From assembly GCA_025786725.1 (NCBI GenBank), contig JAHLTZ010000004.1, positions 682,001 through 746,000 on the forward strand: a stretch of 64,000 bases of DNA, written 5' to 3'. The stretch is from Syncephalis fuscata S228 (Eukaryota > Fungi > Zoopagomycota). The position numbers and the translations under genes were made by a program. Positions 26,364-38,711 of the stretch are shown one piece after another (positions within the stretch are counted from its first letter, which is position 1; each line of letters opens with the position of its first letter). The notes beneath the pieces were generated by a model. That model saw nothing but the letters and a program-made list of their open reading frames with translations, ran no database searches and was not told the DNA's origin.

Positions 26364-28121
26364 GCATATACTTGTACACTCTATATACTATATAGATAGT
26401 GCCATTAGTTGGCTGACTACTAGTTATGTACAAACACTATTTACACTATGTCCTTGCATTACTCTTTTGTAATCTGACCCTTTTTTGCAAACAGCTTTTT
26501 CACTTTGATAATTAATGCTGGCACCTTTATTAGCATAGTAAGCACATTTCTGGCTTGTTTTATGTTGTGTTAAGCATATGCTATGTTTTGCTATAGATTG
26601 TCACTACAAGTCATCTGGCAACAGCTTTACTATTTCAACAGTGGCAGTGTGATCTACTACTGTCGAGCCAGCACAAGCCGCTGCCAGTACAATCTGTGGC
26701 GGCATTCTCTAGCAAAAACAGTGTATACAGTGATTCTGGCAGCATATAGCCAGCACAGTCTTCAGGTACAGCTGCCTTATGCATACACCACCAATATTAG
26801 TATATCGAACTGCTAGTATAGTTGCTAAGTAAGTCTTCGGCGCCAGTACAACAGCGCGAGTTGCTACTGTTGCTATTACTGTATGTGCATAGCTGTCAAT
26901 ACGATGACTGTGGTGACTATATGCGCTGTTACTTCTCTACCAAGTTCCTTCTCTGTTTGATTCCACTGCCTGAACATTCTCGCTCAACACTATTTCTTTC
27001 TAAACATCGGCGTTTTCAAATACAACAACTAATGCGTCTAACACGTTAACTGTGTAGACTGTAGTATATTTAAGCAAATGTTGCTATTTGATCATTATCA
27101 CTAACGGCTACAGGCTCTGTAATCTATGAATGGACATTGGTGTATATGCTGTCGTCTAATTGCCAGCGTCTTCCATAGCATCCTGCTTAGTATGTAGCTA
27201 GGGGTGCTTGTACGGTGCTTTATTTACATTCTAATTATTGGATTAGTTGTCCTGAGCCGGCACTGTAACTAGTGTCAATGTTTATGACAGGTTGCCGTTT
27301 GACAGTCTCTGGCTATGTTCTATCAGTCTACATTTAAAGCATTTGCCGTTTCTTTGAAGCTACAGGTAAGTATTGTTATGTTTTATTAAATATGTATTAT
27401 TGTGCGGACAAAGACGATATAACACAAATAGCCATGTACGCTCTTATAATCGGCTGTTTACTATGGTAAGACAACTGGCACTGCTATGTAATAAATATTT
27501 GCTTATTTTTACTTCAAACTACTTACCATTTAATCAACTGTTATTGTTACATAGATATTTAGGTATGCAGTGTTAGTGTTGCTGTTTGCATTCATGCACT
27601 GTGTTTTGTTTTCAAACAATACTAGCTTTTAAAAAGATCACAAGCCTTCTTTCCTTACCGTGTTATAATATGGAATAATATAGATTCAAATGAATGGTCA
27701 AATAAAGTGTAAAACACTAGTAATAAAGGTATAGTATGCGTATTGCACAAGCAATCAAGTAAAATATACAAACAATACGGCGAGTAACAAATAAACGAGT
27801 TTTATCAATAAGACATGATGAGTAGAGTATAGTTTAAAATAGAATGAATAGATAAAATAATAGTGAAGATATACATATACGATTAAGTAAGTGCAATAAA
27901 TTAAAACTATAGCAATAAAGCTAGCGGCAATAAAATACCTACTGTAAATAAGTTGGGTTTATTATATGATCAATCAATATACAATATAATAAGTATAGAA
28001 TAGTAATGATATAGATGAATGAACGATGTGTGTGTATTGGATAATAAATCTATGATACATGTGCCATTTTTTAATAATAATGACGTTACCATAATTCTCT
28101 CATTTAGTCATATCAACTGTT

Positions 28122-30559
28122 ATGGATGAATATTCGTCAAAGCAATCTGTAAATCGTTATTCATCGTCTAGCAATACAGACAATGACCATGCTCGTGTTA
28201 GCAACCAGATTGCGACACGTCGAGAAAAACCAGCTCCCTTGTTGTTAGATTCAAGTCACTTGAAATTACATTTACCTGTTAAAGATTTGTTGCTATCGTT
28301 TGAATTTGAAAGTTTTTTGAAGCAACGGCCACGCCACTCTTTAGAAGAACTACGCGGCGAATTAGAAAAGCTGGAAGAGTATATTGTTGAACGTCGACTC
28401 GATACTATTGTCGCGGATTGTGAACAGTTTGTACGTATTCCTAACGTGGTAGAACACCTTCCAACTCAAGTTCAGGATGTGGAAGAAGTATCGGTGCATA
28501 TTAAAAAACGTCTAGGGGTAAGTAATAGAGGCACAAAAATGGCTAGGTAGATTGATAGTTATTGTCGCTTCTGTCGCTATTACTATTGGCAGAATATACG
28601 GGCTCAGATCAAAGGTGCTCATACTAATTGGAAACGTACAGAGGAAGCATTTCGACAGCAACAGCTGGTATCAGTAAGCAATCATTTAACAAGCGTTTAA
28701 ATTTATTTAATGACAGTGGATGATATATAGACACGCCTTAACCAATTAATAACTCTATCACACGATATGAATCAGCTCGAAACGGTAGTTCAGCAGGTGG
28801 CATCACTAAATAGCACGGATAATGTGTAAGATTTAAAGTGGCATATTTTACAAAAAGCTAATTAATATTGTATAGCGATGCTATTTTACAGGAAACATCA
28901 CTGGAACGGGCATCCAATCTATACGAACACATATCGCAAACATGTAAAGCATTAGTGGGATATGCTATAGCCGATCAAATGAACGAGGTAGGCAAAATGG
29001 TGATTATAATAAACTGTGCATTACTTATATATTTATGATAAAGCGATTGATCAAAATACAAAATAATTTGAGTGATAGCATTATTCAAAAACTAAGATCA
29101 GGACTGCGAACCATTTATACTTCAAACAATGTACAACATAGCAAGTCTGTAGATCATGTGGCAGCATGGGATGTATTGATATTGTATTATCAAATATTTA
29201 AACAAATAGGCAAATCATCAATAGCCCATACATTGTTGATATCCGAATACTTGGCACCTTATTTATCCACGGTAATAAATGATGCTATATGATAGTTATT
29301 TCAGAAAGTTACTTATTAGATACCAGCGTTTGTCATTAAAATCCTATGCAGAAAAACGGGTTGCTACATTAAAGAAGGGCGAACATCCATTGCCAGTGCT
29401 GTTAGACGAAGCTTATGAAGCACTTTTAGATCAGTTAACACCAATAATAGACGAGGATCCACAATTATTGCCACAAGTGATGTGGCCACAATTTCTACGT
29501 GGTATACAAGAAAAAATGCCATTTCTTTTTAGCTTAGAAGATTTGGATCGATTTTCAGAGGTAGTTTATATAATTAAATATAGATCTGATTTATTTAACT
29601 GTAGAATATTAGCATTATCAACTAGTTCAACAATGGCTATTGAAACGGGCCGATACATCCAGTCGGATTAAATGTATAAAAGATTCTACTGCTGCGAATG
29701 CATTGCGCAGTCTTATTCGCCATTGGCCGTTGGATCAGTATTTCGAGGCCAGGTAAAGAACAAAAACGCTTTAGAATATATACAAGCAATTACTAATGGA
29801 TAGTACGATGATTAGATTTAATGAAAAACAGAAATGTTGGAGACAGCAATTTTGAAGAGTAATCAAATGAATATATCTAATACGGCATACGATAAAAATG
29901 ATAAACCTATACTACCTGTTACTTCTGCCACGCTAACTTTGATTGAGCTATGCTGGTCAAATCGAGTAAATCTACCGCCGTTAATGGCACGTTTTTGGAA
30001 GCTATCTTGTCAGGTATTTATTATGCTGTATACAATTAGCCTTCTATTAGATTAAGATTAAACTATTGCTAGTTAATGCTGCGTTATGGTGCCTGGCTTC
30101 TTGAGTGGTGTTCGGAGGCCTCTATTCGTACCACAATAGAAAACGAAAAGGTAACTAAAAGTATGAGATGATATCTGCTGACGAGACTTAATAGCAAATC
30201 AAAATAATGGGCAGAACCATGTCACCTGTCCGTCGGATACCCAGCCGAAATGCGACATCCAGTGCTACCTCTCCAGCAGTTTCTGTTGCCGGTGTAGCCA
30301 CCACTGAGACGTCCATTTCGGATGTTCAGTCGGTGCGTAAACAAGTTGCGGAGATGGATATAGACTGGGTGCGTGGCCAGCTGGTGGACTTGCTACAGCT
30401 GACCGTGCGTCCAGCCATACCAGAGTCACTACAGTCTCAAGCTGTACAGCTTTTGGGTAGGTAATTGCCATTATAATTATATAAATAACTAATTAGTTTT
30501 ATAAAGAGGCCCTTATGGCTAGAGTATACCAATTAGATTTGGATACTGAACGCCAATAG
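28122..30559 (+). CDS. COG2: Conserved oligomeric Golgi complex subunit 2-like
   Basis: N-terminal FL..SLEELRGEL..L..IVADCEQFV, then WPLDQYFEAR, CWSNRVNLPPLMARFWKLSCQLMLRY. Multi-exon, stop at 30557-30559. Confidence 0.75.
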
Positions 30560-31020
30560 TCTGGATTGTAAGCCAGACAAACAATTGCACTTTTAATAAA
30601 CTACCATTTTGCTACTAGTGGACTACTAATGATAACCAATGATACATATTATGATAACGGTTTTGATATCAAATAACTTTTGTTTATTTTCATTTATTCA
30701 TTGCCGCCGAGTGTGAAGGAGAAGAAAGAAAGACTAGCAGTATAGATTTTAAGCTATATGTTTGACAAGCAGTATGTATAAAAACTTGAGATAAAATATT
30801 AGTAATAAATCAATGAATGTAGTATGAAAAATAAATGATTATTTAACACCAAGAACTATTATAATAGAACGCATTAATCAGTAAATAATGTGCATAATAA
30901 AGTTTTAATACAATAGAGTTATTATCATAGAATATATCGTTAGTATAATAGCGAGTATATTAAACGAGTTTTTACTATACTTAACTAGCTATTTAGTTAA
31001 GCATATAGCTAATAAGAATA

Positions 31021-31285
31021 GTCACTTGTCTAAAAGTTGTACAGACTGAGACTGCATTAACTCGGATATGTTTGAACATACTGTCAATTGCTGTAGATCA
31101 CCAGGTGTTACACATTTGGCCTATATCCTTCTCCGCAATATATTTGTGTATTGATCGAATATTCGAAATGGCTGTTTTAATAATGACTGCGACGGCAGCA
31201 TAGCCTATCGAAGAGGCGGCATTAGAGGTCAAATTCTGATTGGATATCCTGCGAACAGATGACATGGTCCTGCCCATTATTTGGT
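31021..31285 (-). pseudogene. Degenerate inverted duplicate of the COG2 penultimate exon
   Basis: QIMGRTMSSVRRISNQN...ISNIRSIHKYIAEKDI matches MGRTMSPVRRIPSRN...ISDVQSVRKQVAEMDI at 30207-30464. Confidence 0.85.
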
Positions 31286-31292
31286 CGACGTA

Positions 31293-31515
31293 AAACCATG
31301 TTACGGGAATAGACATTGGCTGAGCAAGTGACCAGCATTTGGACCTGTTTCAGTTAACCGTGCATTGAATCATCCTACAGCGCTGCAATACCAGCCTATT
31401 TAACTTTGAGATGTGTTACCATTATTACTAATTATACTTTTAAGCAAGCAAGCAATTGTAATAAAGGTACTTGTAGCTAAACTTGGATACTTAACGCAAT
31501 ACTATGAATTGTATT
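31293..31515 (+). pseudogene. Second, direct degenerate duplicate of the COG2 3' end
   Basis: Aligns with ~30340-30570 (e.g. TGGAC.TG.T.CAG.T.ACCGTGC, TTGGATACT.AACGC.AATA). Confidence 0.65.
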
Positions 31516-32712
31516 AATACAATAATACTATCCACTATTATTATTGGCTTTTATTATAATCGTTCACGTTCAACTGGCTAATGGCTACAAAATTAGCTAA
31601 ATAGATGAACCGATATAGTGCAACGCTGTAGAAGGGGCAAATTAAACCACAAGGCTTGGTAGTACTAAGAAACCATAATAATACGCTTGTTGAGATCATG
31701 GGCCAACATATGGTCCTCGAGTGATGGAAACAATACCGTTGAGGGCCGTGTACCGTCAACAAGTTATAAGCTACACAGGCATATTTTTCAGTTTTTTAAA
31801 TACACTGTAACACAAATATGAGCAATTAATACAATGTCCAGTAAAAGCTTAATTTAGCTGAAATACTAAGCAAAATAATGGATAAAAGTATATACTCGAA
31901 TGGTGCTTATGCTTTTTTATTTTTAGCTTGTATTTTAATAGAAATAAAATACACTAGTAAGTAAAATATGAACAAATTATATACAACAAGCTGGTTGCAG
32001 TAGTTTTATTTTAACATATAGGCCTTGGAGTACCGTGCTGTCTTAACATAGACACAAAAACTTGACAATTATCATATTGCATCAGAATCTGCACTTTATG
32101 AAAATCCTTGGCCACAGCCACATAATAGTATCAATGTAACATTTACATATCACGCCATTTGTTATTCTCAGTACTCTAAAAGCCATTTACAAGGTTGGAT
32201 AATGGCTGTTTTACCAAGTTAAGGCTTAAATGAATAAACATTTTACTATTTTGTGTTTTACAAATCCACTGAGTGAATACGACGGCTTTTCTGCAGAGGA
32301 GTCGCAAGATGGAACGGGAGTCGGTTGGTGTATTCTAACGAAAAGCAGCCACATCTATTGTCCATTTGTGCTACTACTGTAATATGTATCTATTCTACAG
32401 CCTATGCTACAGGAGCAATTATTTACTGATGCTGCAGGATTATTAATGTATCTTAAGGCCATGTCTATATGGACTTGGAAAGCTATAAATAAAGTCATAA
32501 AATACCTTCTCTCTAGTTCCGCATAACATTCATACACTCATTACTCAGCTATTAACACTCAAGTAGTCTAACGATTTTAAACACTTCTTCTGATATCAAT
32601 ATTGATTGATTCAAAAAACACTCGAAAGCAACACTAACTTAATCTTTTTATTGCTATCAGCTAATTCGTCGCCCTACAAACTACTGCTATTTCCCTCTAG
32701 TTAGCTATTAAA

Positions 32713-33219
32713 ATGGTTCGCATTGGTGCCACTCTCTGCCTGTTTGCCATTGTGGCACTCTCTGCAATCTCGGATGTTGCTGCCCATGGCTACATGTCCA
32801 GCCCAACTCCGCGTGCTATCGAAAAAGCATCAACCAGAATTGACGATTTGAAAAATCCCAACACTCGAGGCGTTTGTCGTGGTGAGCCGGCTGGCCGAGT
32901 CACCAACGTGGGCCGCAGCGTTACGCTCGGTTTTACCATCACTGCTCCACATATCGGTATGTGTGAGGTCTATATCTTAGACACTAATCTCGGCAATGCC
33001 CGTCGTATTGCCCAAAAGAACAACTGCGCTGCTCCAGGCAAGGTTGGCCCATGGACCGTCAACATTCCAGCTGGTATTAGCGGTCGCAAGGTCATTCGCT
33101 GGGTGTGGAATGCCGCTCATTTGGGCCCAGGCAAAATTGAGCACTACGAAAACTGTGCCGATATTAACATCGGCTCTCGTCTTACTTCTGCTCAAAAAAG
33201 TGTCAGCATTTCTATTTAA
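32713..33219 (+). CDS. Small secreted histidine-brace protein, lytic polysaccharide monooxygenase-like
   Basis: Signal peptide ending VAA followed by His1 (HGYMSSPTPR), second His in TAPHIGMCEV, RWVW, C-terminal EHYENCADI. Intronless. Confidence 0.8.
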   Translation: MVRIGATLCLFAIVALSAISDVAAHGYMSSPTPRAIEKASTRIDDLKNPNTRGVCRGEPAGRVTNVGRSVTLGFTITAPHIGMCEVYILDTNLGNARRIAQKNNCAAPGKVGPWTVNIPAGISGRKVIRWVWNAAHLGPGKIEHYENCADINIGSRLTSAQKSVSISI

Positions 33220-33487
33220 ATCTAATAATGCCCAATCATTGCTGTGCTTTAGTAAAAGTGCAGTTGGCCATCTAGATATTCAGGTTGCTTAAATGCATAG
33301 GCGAATTAGTGCAAATGCTACCAACCTGTTAAATCTTTTATACGATATACTTAATGACTCGTATTTGATATTATTTACACAATAATAAATAATGATTATA
33401 TAAAAAATAGCGTTTTTATTGCTGTATCATTTATAGAATCATGTATTTTAACTGGGCGTTTATTCGATCTCTTTCCCAACTTATTAG

Positions 33488-34617
33488 TCATGCCATCTTT
33501 ACTCTGGCATACTGCAAATATTTCTCGAAAGTTGGTCTTTTTGATGGGTCAGAAACCGCTATATTGTTTATTATTTCTATTAATGACAGCAATGTCTTAA
33601 GTGTCTTTGCATCTTCTGATATTGGTGGCAGCGCACATAGTTCTTGGCTTTCAAGTTCTTTAAGTATAGAACCAAGCGTACTATAATCAAAATTGCCTTT
33701 AGTAGATCATTGTATGGAAATCTACCAGCAAGCACATGGTAGAGTGTTACATATATTGACCATGAATTGGATTTTCTATAATCTATGTACTTTTTTCAAA
33801 ATATTTAACGATTGTGTCATTAGTTTTCCCATTTTTTGTATATTTAGCATTTGCAACAACCAAATTCTGTTTTATTTTTATTAATGATTTGGTTTTAATT
33901 CTGGATTGATTAAATGCATCTTTTTGCCAAAAGCCATGTCGATGAATAAGTGTGGTTTTTAAATCCGTAAAGAATCAGAGTTTAGTATAATACTATACTA
34001 GGAGTTATTTGTCTAACTGCACCTGACATCATGAATGTTGCATCGACAAATGTGAAATAAAATGCCATGATCAAAACAAATAAAAAGCAGTGATTGTAGT
34101 ATGGCATTGTTTTTTATAATTCGCCATATTGGTATTAGTTATATCCAATGGTTGTAGTATATGAATCAGTTAAAAGAGTTTGTGGCATAGTTGAAATATA
34201 GTTACGCAGATTGTAGATAGATTTGCTTAAATATGGGTACAGTAGGCAATAAAACACTAGAGGATCCAGATAAAAATCTATAGATAGATTATACACACTA
34301 AAATGGCAGTTTGACTTCTTTTGGGCATAATTCGCGTTTATTTATTAAAAGAAAGCATTTATATTTGTGGTATAATAACAGACACACATGGCATATCATC
34401 GCTCATCAGCCGTTTACACAGCAATCTGAGATTCACGACGGTTTCCGGCATTATTGTCTGCCAACCAAGCTTGAAAATCGGCGCGTACTCTTTCTGAAGC
34501 AGTGTCGGGTGGGACTCTTTTCTTGCGGCACCATCCAAAAATGAACATTGGTGTTGCTATAGCAAAAACTCCAACAAAGATGCAGATATAGAATACGCTG
34601 CTATGCAATAAATCCAT
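33488..34617 (-). pseudogene. Probable decayed secreted protein-kinase-like gene
   Basis: Fragments LYHVLAGRFPY (subdomain IX-like) and LIEIINNIAVSDPSKRPTFEKYL (subdomain XI-like). Signal-peptide-like start MDLLHSSVFYICIFVGVFAIA. Many stops and frameshifts between them. Confidence 0.45.
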
Positions 34618-36615
34618 GCTGAAGAAATCAATGAGCAATTACTATTAACAAGATTTTGAATTGTAGTCGTCCTACAACATATCAATAGAAATGCATGATA
34701 AGCTTTATTTATATTCTATGCTTGCAGTTATTTGTGCTATCAATATGCTTTTTTTGCCTGGCTTCAGTCAAATCATTGACGGCATGACATTAGTTAAAGC
34801 CGTTCATGTCTAGTCTTATTGCCATGCAAATGTTTGTCAAGGCATGTCATGTAATTGGTACCAGACAGCTGAAAGCAAATATGGCATAGCGCATGTCATA
34901 TTGCTCCAGTACTAAAATAACATGCTTTCTACGTGCTAGAATTATACCAGACCAGCCAAGATATAATAAAGATACTTTGCTATGTCTTTGCTCACAAGAT
35001 AGCCAAATTAATTGATTAGTTGATTAATTATGATTCTTTTGTATCCAAAACAAAGACACAGTAGCATTTTATTAAGTTTTTGTGTCATCTTTAATTTATC
35101 TATACTTGTATGTATCCATTCATTCTTAATAATAGCTGATCGCAGTGAAACATTAGTAATAAAATATTGCGCTAGTTGTTAATACATTATAGTATTTTGT
35201 TATATCCATGTTACTAATTTCAACAATGCAAATACTTGAATAATAAATGTCTAAATATACAATAATACTGCATGTGTTGCAAATAACTATGTGCCATTAT
35301 TCTGTACCGCCTTTGAACATAGTATGCTGCAATTTTAAATAGCAAATCATTTATTTGTTGCCTAAACTAGCGCGATTAATGAGTCTGCTCAAATGGTATT
35401 ATCAAAGCAATGGCTAGTTGTTTTGGATTGCCAAAAAGTCCTCAGTAATCCAGCTAACAAAATTTAATTTATAATTTGATTTGATGTAGAAGCAGCACTT
35501 AATGCAGCATTTTCCACTTGATTACAAACACATACTGCTACTGATAATGCAAGTGATAATACTTCTGCCATAATACAAACTAAATTATTCATTGATAGGC
35601 CATGGCTAGATATCTTACTCTACATGCCATTGCTTTCAAATTACATTGTTTATTTATATGCCATGTTTTGTAATGCTTGCCATTTAATGACGACGCCTTT
35701 ATAATTTCTGCCAAAAGCCTTCATTATTTTATTTGTTCTGGTATTTAACACAAAATAAATTATGCTTATTTACTTTATTTTTATTATAAAAACAACTTGA
35801 TTACGCATATGTAATTACTGTTTTTATTTATAGCTAAACTCGTTATATTTAGGTATGATAGCGTACACTCACTAGCAAAAGTAGTCTCAGAAATAAACAA
35901 AGCATGCTGTGATTTGATATAAAATAATGTTTATCTGTTTAATAAATAGCCAAATTTACATACCAATTGTTCATTGGATACAATAATAGTGTTGATATTC
36001 TGATAATGATGGTAATGACAATAATAATTTACATTGCCAGTGTTCATATGATGTAATTTCGACGGTGGATTATTAAATGATGATTAGTTATTACTGGCTA
36101 ATTAGATGTATAATGGGAATTTCAGTTAGGTAATATTTAAACTCCAAAATAACCAATATTTTAATTTGCACGTTATAATCATCTAATGATTACATGCTAA
36201 GATAAGAATGTTTTTTAAAATATGATGCAATAAGAGAGGCTGTAACTGGTTATGTTGAAACGCCGCCTATTTTACTTGCACACACGTGAATCGGAATAAC
36301 GTCAAAAAAAGGACAGCAATTAGCACATGGAAATCACGTGGAATAATTCAACTTTGCTTGATCAAGCCACTCAAACAGCGTGATGTTTCATGCTTCAGCT
36401 AGCGTGACCTAACCTGTTCGGTAAAACGCTTTGGTTCTTTTAATTTCCCACTTTCGCTATTTCTTCTATTTTCTACGCTAACTTAATTACATAATTGGCC
36501 GTGTATAAATATTTGCTTATTTGACAGATTAAACATAAGTTTCTTTATTAGTTATCACTTCTATTTCTCTCGATTAGCAGCACTTGAATTAAATACAGTT
36601 TATTAAATCTTTACG

Positions 36616-37664
36616 ATGGGTTGGTTATGCAAAGAATATACCACTGAAAAGATTCCAGACCTAACGGGAAAGGTACAGTTTAGTGTATTTATTCTTGGCT
36701 ACTCTCTAATCTATTTGTTATTCCATAGGTCTCTGTTGTTACTGGCGCCAACACGGGTATTGGCTACCATATTGCCTTGGAGCTAGCCAGGAATGGGAGC
36801 CGAGTGTATGTTGCCTGCCGCAATGAAGAGCGTGCACAAACGGCCATTGAGAAGATTAAAGAGGACATTAAAAAGAACTGTACTGAAAACAAAGCAGAAC
36901 CCGATCTTCGATTTCTAGCTTTGGATTTAAACAGTCTTGCTAAAGTTGATGCTGCGGCGAAGGAGCTAATAGCTGCCGAATCACAGATTCATATACTTAT
37001 CAATAATGCCGGTATAATGGCAATGCCTTATTCGTTGACTGAAGACGGGATCGAATCGCAATTTGGAGTAAACCACGTTGGTCCAACGCTATTTACGCAT
37101 CGCCTATTGCCAACCATCCTTAATAGCGGTACCGCTGACGATCCTGCACGCATCATTTTTACTGCTAGCATGGCACATTATTATACATACAGTGGCGGTG
37201 TTGGTCTTACTTTGGAGGCTATTAATGACAAAAAAGCATTTGACACGATGAAGTGCTACGGCCAGTCAAAATTGGCCAATATCCTGGCCTCTAGCCAATT
37301 TGCCAGACAAGTTTCACAGGGCACTGACCGTCCAACAGTCCTCGTCAACGCAGTGCATCCGGGAATAGTCAATTCTGAGCTTAGTCGTAATGTTCCGAGG
37401 TCGCTTGGCTGGGTTTTAATTCAAGTAAACAAATTGCTCTATGGTTTGTTTTCTATGTCCTCGGCAAATGGTGCGTTGACTTCGCTTTATGCTGCTACGT
37501 CGGATGAAGTAAAGGAAAAAGGGTACAATGGCAAATACTTTATTCCATACGGCAAACTATCAACTCCCAGTAGCTATGCACGAGATATAACATTGCAGGA
37601 TAATTTATGGACGTTTACACAATCTATTATCAGCGAAAAGCTGAAACAGAACACCAAACAGTAA
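36616..37664 (+). CDS. Short-chain dehydrogenase/reductase (retinol dehydrogenase/WWOX-like)
   Basis: IPDLTGK|VSVVTGANTGIG, LINNAG, QFGVNH, YGQSKLAN, VHPG. One intron (36673-36729). Confidence 0.95.
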
Positions 37665-38711
37665 ACTACGTAATGTAGCCTGAATTTACTACATTTGTTG
37701 CAAATTATAAATAAATGCTACTAATATTTAACATTATACCTTTCCGTTATGGTTATAGTTATGCTTATTATATTCGTTATTTTACAAACAATATGCTTTA
37801 TAATAAGTAGCTTTTGGTATCAAATGGCTTTTATTATATTTGTTATTTTACTAATAACATGTTGGAACGAATTGTGTCAAAACATGCAGTTAATGTAGCT
37901 AATAAAAATAATAGTTATTAATAAATATTGGTTAATAAAACATATAACAATATAGAGCAAGACAAATAGATAAAGGAAATTACATAAATATTAATAATAA
38001 AACTAAGTGTATACAATTAAGTTAGTGAGATAAGCAAAATGAGTAAATGCTTATAGTAAATAAAGTTAGCAATAAACACGCAGACTTTTATTAATAGTGC
38101 ATGATCAATAAACGATGGAGTCATATAAATGGATAGATGATATATGCATACTGAATAATAAATCTATGCTGATGAGTATTTGATGATTAATATCATTACG
38201 ATCCAACATCATGTTTAATAATTAAATATTTAATTTAAAACACGTGCTATTAAAACAATTTTTCTGTAGATTGCGATACGCGCCAAATACGTATTTAATG
38301 GAAATATATAAAATTAGTACCAATCAATATAAATATCAGTATTAGTTTGTAAAACGTGGAGCTTGAAACAAAATAGGTCATAGGTCAGTTAACATCCTTA
38401 GCGATTGTCAAATGCTAGCAAAACACGTGTTATTATGACAAAGTTTGGTACACTGCAGCACGCGTTGTTTCTAACATTTTGTATAGATAGCAACTAATAT
38501 CACATGGTAATACTAAATACCTTGAAGCGGAGCAATATAGGCCTATTCTTTTAGCTGAAACTTTTAATTATTGCCTACATCAACGGATTATAATGCTATT
38601 TAAAGTCCCATTCACGGCTGGGATGTATTTTGTATAATCTTTTATTAATTTAACAAAATACTTGATTATTCATACTATCTTACTCGCGTTTATTTTATTT
38701 TTACGATACTC

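Noticed and set aside
26583-27576. Short ORFs of 67-77 aa
   Set aside because: No homology cues, coherent splice pattern or coding-like composition.
31540-31765. Possible decayed paralog of the LPMO-like gene
   Set aside because: Only two short matching words (ATGGCTAC, ACCGTCAAC); insufficient support.
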